DNA of 64,000 nt, from assembly GCA_016870355.1 (NCBI GenBank), contig VGBR01000011.1:33140-97139 (forward strand), in the 5' to 3' direction. The notes beneath the pieces are model-generated. The model searched no databases. It was not told the DNA's origin and saw only the letters and a program-made list of their open reading frames with translations. Source of the DNA: Actinomycetota bacterium. Its GTDB lineage: Bacteria; Actinomycetota; Acidimicrobiia; IMCC26256; PALSA-555. The position numbers were made by a program, and so were the translations under genes. How positions within the stretch are numbered: position 1 is the first letter of the stretch; each line of letters starts with the position of its first letter. Of this stretch, positions 57,317 through 64,000 are shown in pieces.

Positions 57317-57904
57317 TCAGACGATGGCGGCGTAGGGCGGTGCGGGGTTGTACTCGATCATCAGCTGCACGTCGCGGGCGTGCTGCACGTCGTACATCTG
57401 GCCGACGAGCCACAGCGACATGTCGATGCCGGCCGACACGCCCGCGGCGGTGACGACGTTGCCGTCCCGCACGTAACGCACGTCCTCGAGCACCGTCACG
57501 TCCGACTCTTCCTTCATCGTCGGGATGTAGCCCCAGTGCGTGGTGCACTGCTTGCCCGCGAGGAGACCCGCGGCGTGCAGGAGGATCGCACCGGTGCACA
57601 CGCTCGTGACCCAGGTGCAGCCGGCGGCGACCGTCTTGATCCAGTCGAGCGTCGTCGCGTCCGTCGCGAGCGGGCGCGTACCCATGCCGCCGGGTACGAG
57701 CAGCACGTCGAGCGCCGGCGCGTCGTCAAAGCCGTGATCGGGGACCACCTTGAGGCCGTTGAACCCGGTGATCGGGTCGGCGGTCGCGGCGATCGTGACG
57801 ACCGAATCACCCTCCTTCTTCGCGATGGTGAGCACCTCATAGGGCCCGGCGAAGTCGAGCTCCTCGACTCCGTCGAACAGCAGGATCCCGGTGGTGAACG
57901 GCAT
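57317..57904 (-). CDS. DJ-1/PfpI family protein
   Basis: FDGVEELD.AGPYEV, VPGG, SVCTGA, TAAGVSAGID. Confidence 0.92.
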   Translation of the reverse strand: MPFTTGILLFDGVEELDFAGPYEVLTIAKKEGDSVVTIAATADPITGFNGLKVVPDHGFDDAPALDVLLVPGGMGTRPLATDATTLDWIKTVAAGCTWVTSVCTGAILLHAAGLLAGKQCTTHWGYIPTMKEESDVTVLEDVRYVRDGNVVTAAGVSAGIDMSLWLVGQMYDVQHARDVQLMIEYNPAPPYAAIV

Positions 57905-58001
57905 GGACGCTCCTCTCGGCTCCGCCGACACTGGCAGATCCGAGGACCCGGCGGGCACTGCTTTCCAGGCGGTCCCGGCCGGGTCGGTGACGTGCGACTC
58001 G

Positions 58002-58035
58002 TTGACATTGAGACACTTTCGGTCATATCGTCTCA
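58002..58035 (+). promoter_or_regulatory. sigma70-type promoter with overlapping TetR-like operator
   Basis: TTGACA (58002-58007), 18 nt, TATCGT (58026-58031); inverted repeat TGAGAC-N15-GTCTCA (58009-58035). Confidence 0.65.
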
Positions 58036-58039
58036 CGTG

Positions 58040-58666
58040 ATGACGGCAATGGCCGACGAGGTCGCCCCTTCGACGACCAACATCCACGAGCGCGTGGTGG
58101 CCGCCACCCTCACCTGCGTCGCCCGTCACGGCCTGCACAAGACGACGATCGACGACGTCGCTCGGGAGGCAGGGTGCTCTCGGGCCACGCTCTACCGCCA
58201 CATCGGTGGGAAGGCCGAGCTCGTGGGCCTCGTCGTGCGGACCGAGGCCGACCGCATCGCCGAGCAGGTGCGCGCCGCGGCGGACCTCGAGGACTCCCTC
58301 GAAGACGCGGTCGTCGCGATGCTCGCGATCGCGGGCAAGGAGCTCGACGAGCACGACGCACTGCGGTTCGTGGCCGACTTCGAGCCCGAGCGGCTCCTTC
58401 CGCATCTCACGTTCGCCGGCGGCGATCGGTTCCTCGCGCGCGTGAGCGCAGCGTTCGCCCCCGCGCTCGAACGTTTCGTGCCGGGCCACCCCGACCGTGC
58501 CGCCGAATGGGTGGCGCGGGTCGGGCTCACGCTCTGGCTGTGCCCGAACGGTCCCGTCTCGCTCTCCGATCTCAACCTTCTTCGCGACTACGTCCGGGAC
58601 TTCGTCGTGCCGGGTCTCGTTGCCATTTCCGACACTCCGACCCTCGCTGTCACCTCGAGGAGGTAG
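58040..58666 (+). CDS. TetR/AcrR family regulator
   Basis: GLHKTTIDDVAREAGCSRATLYR. Confidence 0.92.
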   Translation: MTAMADEVAPSTTNIHERVVAATLTCVARHGLHKTTIDDVAREAGCSRATLYRHIGGKAELVGLVVRTEADRIAEQVRAAADLEDSLEDAVVAMLAIAGKELDEHDALRFVADFEPERLLPHLTFAGGDRFLARVSAAFAPALERFVPGHPDRAAEWVARVGLTLWLCPNGPVSLSDLNLLRDYVRDFVVPGLVAISDTPTLAVTSRR

Positions 58667-58670
58667 CGCC

Positions 58671-59807
58671 ATGGCCATCGACCAGACGACGTCTCACCAC
58701 GAGCTCATCGGCCGTGACGACGTCAACGACATCGACGCGATCCTCGCGATCACGAACACCGATGTCGACGAGGCCGCGCATGCAGTGCGGGCCGAAGGCG
58801 ATGCGATCTTCACGTGGGACTACGAGCAGAGCCGCACGGCGCTGCACCGCCTGTACGAGAAGGCCAAGACCTCGCAGTGGAACGGCACGACCGACCTCCC
58901 GTGGGACACCGAGGTCGATCAGGAAGCTGTCGTCGCGGCGAATCAGGCGCAGAACAACTTCCTCTACGAGAACATGGACATGACCGGCACGGTGCTCGAG
59001 CACTGGGGCGACAAGGAGTGGATCGAGTTCGGCGTGCAGTCCCAGAACTGGACGCTGTCGCAGTTCATGCACGGCGAGCAGGGCGCGCTCATCTGCACCG
59101 CCCAGATCGTCGAGACCGTCCCGTGGATCGACGCCAAGTACTACGCCTCGACCCAGGTGATGGACGAGGCCCGCCACGTCGAGGTGTTCTCCCGCTACCT
59201 CGACACCAAGCTGTCGGGGCACTACCCGATCAACGCGCATCTGAAGATGCTGCTCGACGACATCATCTCCGACAGCCGCTGGGACATGACCTACCTCGGC
59301 ATGCAGGTGATGGTCGAGGGGTTGGCGCTGGCTGCGTTCGGGTTCATGCACCAGATGTCCACCGAGCCGCTGCTCAAGCAGCTCCTTCGCTACGTCATGA
59401 GCGACGAAGCCCGCCACGTCGCGTTCGGCGTGCTGTCGCTCCAGGAGTACTACGCGCAGCTGAGCGCACCCGAGATCCGTGAGCGCCAGGAGTTCGCGTT
59501 CGAGGCTGCGGTGCGCATGCGCGACCGGTTCCTCCAACAGGAGGTCTGGGAGCGGATGGGCGTCGACGTGAAGGGAGCGATCAAGGTCATGATGAGCGCC
59601 CCCGACCGCCCGATCTTCCAGTCGATGCTCTTCTCGAAGATCGTGCCCAACTGCAAGAAGCTCGGTCTGCTCGACGCGGCCGACGGCTGGCTGCGGGAGA
59701 AGTTCACCGAGCTCGGCGTGATCCAGTTCGAGGACGCGATGGACACCGGCGAGGAGTACGAGACCCTCGACGAGGTCGCCAAGGACCGCGCGGCCGCCGC
59801 GGTGTAG
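58671..59807 (+). CDS. Ferritin-like diiron protein (AurF/desaturase-like)
   Basis: HGEQGAL, DEARH (twice), MVEGLA. Confidence 0.88.
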   Translation: MAIDQTTSHHELIGRDDVNDIDAILAITNTDVDEAAHAVRAEGDAIFTWDYEQSRTALHRLYEKAKTSQWNGTTDLPWDTEVDQEAVVAANQAQNNFLYENMDMTGTVLEHWGDKEWIEFGVQSQNWTLSQFMHGEQGALICTAQIVETVPWIDAKYYASTQVMDEARHVEVFSRYLDTKLSGHYPINAHLKMLLDDIISDSRWDMTYLGMQVMVEGLALAAFGFMHQMSTEPLLKQLLRYVMSDEARHVAFGVLSLQEYYAQLSAPEIRERQEFAFEAAVRMRDRFLQQEVWERMGVDVKGAIKVMMSAPDRPIFQSMLFSKIVPNCKKLGLLDAADGWLREKFTELGVIQFEDAMDTGEEYETLDEVAKDRAAAAV

Positions 59808-59893
59808 CGCACGCTCGGCAGCCTCGGCTCGACGCGAGGTCGGCCCGGGGCTGTGACTACTGAGGGTGAAGTGCGGCGAGTACCCTCGTCACG

Positions 59894-61555
59894 GTGAGCG
59901 CGACCGTCCGGATCGTCTTCTTGGGCGGGCTGGGGGAGATCGGGCGCAACTGCTTCTGCCTCGAGGTCGAGCGCCGGATCATCGTCGTTGACTGCGGCCT
60001 CATGTTCCCCGGGCAGGAGATGCCGGGCGTCGACCTGGTGCTCCCGGACTTCACGTACCTGCGGGCGAACGCCGACCGGGTCGACGGGATCGTCCTCACC
60101 CATGGGCACGAGGATCACGTGGGCGCGCTGCCGTACCTGTTGGCCGACGTCCCCGCGCCGGTGTACGGATCGGCGCTCTCGCTCGGGTTCGCGCGCAAGC
60201 GCATCGAGGAGGCGGGTGTGCTCGGTCAGACCGAGCTCATCCCCGTGCGCGACGGTGACGTGCGACAGATCGGCCCGGTCGAGTGCGAGTTCGTGCCGGT
60301 CACGCACTCGGTGCCACACGCGTTCGCGGTCGCGTACCGCACGCCAGTCGGCACGATCCTGCACACCGGCGACTTCAAGCTCGACCTCACTCCTGTCGAC
60401 GGCCGCACCACCGACCTTCCTCGCCTCGGCCAGATCGGACGCGAAGGCGTGCGCCTGCTCATGTCGGACTCGACGAACGCCGAGCGGCCCGGGTTCACCG
60501 AGTCCGAGATCTCGGTGGGAGAGACGCTCAGCGACCTCTTTCGCGACTACCCGAACCAACGGTTTGTCGTGGCCTCGTTCGCGTCCCACCTGCACCGGGT
60601 GCAACAAGTCGCGCGCGCCGCGGTGAACGCCGGGCGGTACGTCGCCTTCCTCGGCCGATCGATGGTGCACAACGTGACGCTAGGCCGCGAGATGGGGCTG
60701 CTCGACGTTCCCATCGATCGCGTGATCGACATCGATGAGACGCCGCGCTTCGCCCCGGGCGAGGTGTGCGTGATCTGCACCGGCTCGCAGGGTGAGCCAC
60801 TGAGCGCACTCGCACTCATGGCCGCGCACGAGCACAAGTACGTGAAGGTGAGCGAAGACGACGTCGTGGTGCTCTCGTCCCACGCCATCCCGGGGAACGA
60901 GGCCAACGTGTCTCGCGTGATCGACTCGCTGCACCGCGCCGGCGCCGAGGTGGTGCACGGCTCCAACGCGCACGTGCACGTGTCGGGGCATGCGTCACGT
61001 GAGGAGCTCAAGTTCATGCTCGATCTGGTGCGGCCGGAGTGGTTCGTGCCGGTGCACGGCGAGTACCGCCACATGGTCCACCACGCCCGGATCGCCGAGG
61101 AGGTCGGGGTGGCGTCCGATCGCATCCTCGTGTGCGAGGACGGTGACGTCGTCACGCTCGATGCGGCCACCGCCGAGGTCGAGCGGCGCGAGGTGCCCGC
61201 TGGCTATCAGTACGTCGACGGGATCGGCAGCGACGTGGAACAAGGTGTGCTGCGTGACCGCCGCAGCCTCGCGGCCGAAGGCTTCGTCGTGGTCATCGTG
61301 ATGGTCGACGCCACGACCGGAGAGGTCGTGACCGGGCCTGAGATCGTCACCCGCGGATGGGTGTACGAGGCCGAGGCCAACGCGCTGCTCGAAGAGGCGC
61401 GGACGGTCGTGAAGAGCGCGCTCGTTCAGGCTGCGGGTGAGGGCGCGACCGACTTCGACAACCTCCGCCGGGTCACCCGGCGCGCGCTGGGGCGGCTCAT
61501 CAGCGAGCGCACCCGGCGCCGCCCCGCGATCATCCCGGTGGTGATGGAGGTCTAG
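59894..61555 (+). CDS. rnj: Ribonuclease J
   Basis: LGGLGEIG.N, THGHEDH.GA, HTGDFK, DSTNAE, HVSGHA, PVHGE. Confidence 0.97.
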   Translation: MSATVRIVFLGGLGEIGRNCFCLEVERRIIVVDCGLMFPGQEMPGVDLVLPDFTYLRANADRVDGIVLTHGHEDHVGALPYLLADVPAPVYGSALSLGFARKRIEEAGVLGQTELIPVRDGDVRQIGPVECEFVPVTHSVPHAFAVAYRTPVGTILHTGDFKLDLTPVDGRTTDLPRLGQIGREGVRLLMSDSTNAERPGFTESEISVGETLSDLFRDYPNQRFVVASFASHLHRVQQVARAAVNAGRYVAFLGRSMVHNVTLGREMGLLDVPIDRVIDIDETPRFAPGEVCVICTGSQGEPLSALALMAAHEHKYVKVSEDDVVVLSSHAIPGNEANVSRVIDSLHRAGAEVVHGSNAHVHVSGHASREELKFMLDLVRPEWFVPVHGEYRHMVHHARIAEEVGVASDRILVCEDGDVVTLDAATAEVERREVPAGYQYVDGIGSDVEQGVLRDRRSLAAEGFVVVIVMVDATTGEVVTGPEIVTRGWVYEAEANALLEEARTVVKSALVQAAGEGATDFDNLRRVTRRALGRLISERTRRRPAIIPVVMEV

Positions 61556-62423
61556 GCGCGCGGGTGGCGAACGTCTTGTAGACGAAGGAATCAGTGTCGA
61601 CCACCACCGACGGGTCGCACGTTCCCGGCGGAAGGACCGAGTCACTGCCCGTCCAGGTCACCCCGTCATGCGACGTGAGGTGAACGACACCACGCTGCTC
61701 GCACACGTAGAGGTGGAGCGATCCGTCATCGCCGGTCGTGATCTCGGGCACGCCGCCCAGGACGGTCGCGACCTGCTCGAACTCGAGTCCGTCGTCGGAC
61801 CGAGCGATGTACGACTCGGTGCCGTGGCTCACCGCGAGGTACCAGACCCCGTCGTGCACCGTGAGGGAGGGGTCGGTGAGGTCCGTGCCACGGAAGATCT
61901 CCCCGACCGACTCGAAGTGGATCCCGTCGGTCGAGTCCGCGATGCACATCACGTGGTCCTGCTCGGGGTCGGGCGGGCCGAAGCCGTTGAAGTACGCCAG
62001 GCGGATGGTGCCGTCGGGAAGGCGGATCACGTCGGGGTCGACCGCGCTCCCGCCCTTCACGCCGTCGATCACGACGGCGCGCCGATCGTGCAGCAGCCCC
62101 TCGCCGTCGAAGACGCCCCGGGCCATGATGTTCTTGGCTCCGTTCACGAAGTACACGGCGATGTCGCCATCTTCGAGCGTCACGGCATCGGGAACCGATG
62201 CGTGGTCGGCGAGCAACTGATCGCCCTGCACCACGCCGTCGGCCATCGTGCCGATCCGCACCTGGTGGTAGTAGGGCCCGTTCGGGTTGGCGACGATCTC
62301 ACGGTCGTCGACGGGTTCGCCCGGCGTGCACCCGGCTTCCGCCGCTGGAGCCGGCACCGTCGACGCGACGACCGCGTTGCCGGTCACGATCGCGATCAGC
62401 AGTAGTCGAAGCGCGCGCCCCAT
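61530..62423 (-). CDS. Secreted five-bladed beta-propeller / Asp-box (glycoside hydrolase-like) protein
   Basis: Signal peptide; SVPD/DPD/DPS blade starts; STDG/SDDG/SHDG repeats; 26-bp convergent overlap with rnj. Confidence 0.78.
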   Translation of the reverse strand: MGRALRLLLIAIVTGNAVVASTVPAPAAEAGCTPGEPVDDREIVANPNGPYYHQVRIGTMADGVVQGDQLLADHASVPDAVTLEDGDIAVYFVNGAKNIMARGVFDGEGLLHDRRAVVIDGVKGGSAVDPDVIRLPDGTIRLAYFNGFGPPDPEQDHVMCIADSTDGIHFESVGEIFRGTDLTDPSLTVHDGVWYLAVSHGTESYIARSDDGLEFEQVATVLGGVPEITTGDDGSLHLYVCEQRGVVHLTSHDGVTWTGSDSVLPPGTCDPSVVVDTDSFVYKTFATRAPRPPSPPG

Positions 62424-62475
62424 GGCACCATGTTCCCCGTTCGATCCTGAAGGCTTCCTGTGGAAGGCTTACCAC

Positions 62476-63264
62476 GTGATCCGCGACTGGTCGGGCTTCA
62501 TCGGTGGGCGGGTGGCGCTCGTCACGGGTTCGGGAGCCGGCATCGGGCGGGCCATCGGCATCCAGATGGCGCGCGCCGGCGCCGAGGTCTGGATCAACGA
62601 CGTCGACGAGGCACGCGCCGACACGGTGGTACGCGAGATCGAGGCCGACGGGGGCAAGGCGCAACTGGTGGTTGCCGACGTGTGCGATCCCGCCGCGGTG
62701 CGCGAGATGGCCGCCACCACCGGGCCGCTCGACATCATCGTGAACAACGCCGGCACCGGGGTCCGCGCCTTCGACTCCGGCGGCATCCCGCTCGTGCCCT
62801 TCGCCGAGAGTGACCCCGCCGACTGGGAGCCGGTGATGCGGGTGAACCTCACCGGTGTCCTGCACGTCACCCACGCCTACCTGCCCGACATGATCGAGCG
62901 GGGGTGGGGTCGGGTGCTGACGATCGTGTCCGATGCCGGGCGCAAGGGGGAGCGCCGCCAGGTCGTCTACGGCGCGGCGAAGGCCGCGGCGATGGGCTTC
63001 ACCCGGGGCCTTGCCGCCGAGGTCGGGCGCCAGGGCATCACGGTCAACTGCATCGCACTCGGATCCATGCGCCATGGTGCGCTGGCCGCCGCAGTCGACG
63101 CGGACCCGGAGCTCGAGCGGAAGCTGACGGGCGCTTACCCGGTCGGTCGGCTCGGACGCGTCGACGATCCTGCGCCGCTCGCGGTCCTGCTCTGCAGCGA
63201 CGCCGCCGAATGGATCACCGGCCAGGTGTATCCCGTCGACGGGGGTTACGCGCCCGCGCTTTGA
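62476..63264 (+). CDS. SDR family oxidoreductase
   Basis: TGSGAGIG, NNAG, YGAAK, ITGQ..VDGG. Confidence 0.93.
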   Translation: MIRDWSGFIGGRVALVTGSGAGIGRAIGIQMARAGAEVWINDVDEARADTVVREIEADGGKAQLVVADVCDPAAVREMAATTGPLDIIVNNAGTGVRAFDSGGIPLVPFAESDPADWEPVMRVNLTGVLHVTHAYLPDMIERGWGRVLTIVSDAGRKGERRQVVYGAAKAAAMGFTRGLAAEVGRQGITVNCIALGSMRHGALAAAVDADPELERKLTGAYPVGRLGRVDDPAPLAVLLCSDAAEWITGQVYPVDGGYAPAL

Positions 63265-63274
63265 GACCGGCGAG

Positions 63275-63697
63275 CTACGCGAACGGCGACTCGATGCGGA
63301 CGCCGTCGATGATGCTGCCGGGATGCAGATCCTCGGTGACGAGACGGCTGGCGCCCGAGCGGCGCGCGGCCACGAGGATGAGCGCGTCCCAGAACGAGAG
63401 CCGATGTGCGTCCTCGACCTCGCTCGCGGCGATCACATCGTCGGGTTCCAGCCGTTGCACCGGCCAGGCGCTGTAGTTCTCGATCACGGCGCGGGCCAAT
63501 GGCCGCGGCATCGGCGGGATCAGCTTCCGTGTCAGGTTCACGTACAGCTCTTGGAGCACCTGGGTGCTCAACGTGCCCGAACCGCTCGTCCAGAGATCGG
63601 CGACGACTGATCGTGCACGATCGTGCTTGATGCCTGCGTCGACATCGTGCGCGTACACGAGCACGTTGGTATCGACGAAGGTGAGCTCAGCGTTCAT
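63275..63697 (-). CDS. vapC: VapC-like PIN toxin
   Basis: FVDTNVLVYA, STQVLQE, LSFWDALI, TEDL. Confidence 0.9.
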   Translation of the reverse strand: MNAELTFVDTNVLVYAHDVDAGIKHDRARSVVADLWTSGSGTLSTQVLQELYVNLTRKLIPPMPRPLARAVIENYSAWPVQRLEPDDVIAASEVEDAHRLSFWDALILVAARRSGASRLVTEDLHPGSIIDGVRIESPFA

Positions 63698-63923
63698 GGA
63701 GCTCGTCACGCGAGGGGAGAGGTCGACCTCCTCCATGGAACCCGGTTTCCAACAAGGCCAGGGCTCGGCGACGGGCGGCGTCGTAGCGCGCGTCGTCCGC
63801 GACCAGCGCCTCGAGCTGCTCGGCAACAAGGCGGCTCACTGAGGTCGAACGCTCCGCGGCCAGCATGCGGGCACGGCGCACGATCTCTTCGTCGAGCTGC
63901 ACGGTGATGTTCCGGCGACCCAT
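63687..63923 (-). CDS. RHH-type (DUF6364-like) antitoxin
   Basis: NITVQLDEE..AR..AA...TSVS, RDELHER end; overlaps vapC. Confidence 0.85.
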   Translation of the reverse strand: MGRRNITVQLDEEIVRRARMLAAERSTSVSRLVAEQLEALVADDARYDAARRRALALLETGFHGGGRPLPSRDELHER

Positions 63924-63930
63924 CGGGTGA

Positions 63931-63969
63931 ACGTTACCACAGGATCTGTGGACCACAGAAACTGTGGTC
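63931..63969 (-). promoter_or_regulatory. Leaderless promoter with two tandem palindromic operators
   Basis: CCACAG-N3-CTGTGG at 63937-63951 and 63953-63967; -10 TAACGT lies 7 nt before the ATG. Confidence 0.75.
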
Positions 63970-64000
63970 AAGGGAGGAAGAAGAGCCGGTCCTGGATCGA

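Overview
High-GC actinobacterial chromosomal segment. Gene order and protein style suggest class Acidimicrobiia, which is an inference. The backbone is the conserved translation/envelope region: ffh-rpsP-khpA-rimM-trmD-rplS-DUF2469-yraN, comM-dprA, xerC-whiG, rpsB-tsf-pyrH-frr-cdsA-dxr-rseP-ispG, murT-gatD, sir-cysH, proS, ligC, rimP-nusA-infB-rbfA-nrnA-truB-ribF-rpsO-pnp-M16-dapB and rnj. Accessory inserts are three toxin-antitoxin-like pairs, an M23/alpha-beta-hydrolase fusion with a beta-propeller partner, a transmembrane ECF sigma cluster, secreted proteins, two TetR regulators with a diiron enzyme, and a deleted ABC operon remnant. The most notable signals not covered by the gene list are: (1) small palindromic, target-duplicating inserts at start/stop overlaps and inside housekeeping genes that keep the reading frame or translational coupling; (2) a transmembrane ECF sigma whose extracellular C-terminal domain resembles that of the next secreted protein; (3) a leaderless Cys-containing leader peptide ahead of sulfite reductase; (4) comM-dprA inverted behind a PafBC-type DNA-damage promoter motif. 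No rRNA, tRNA, CRISPR array or transposase was seen. All calls come from reading motifs and gene order by eye; no database search was run.
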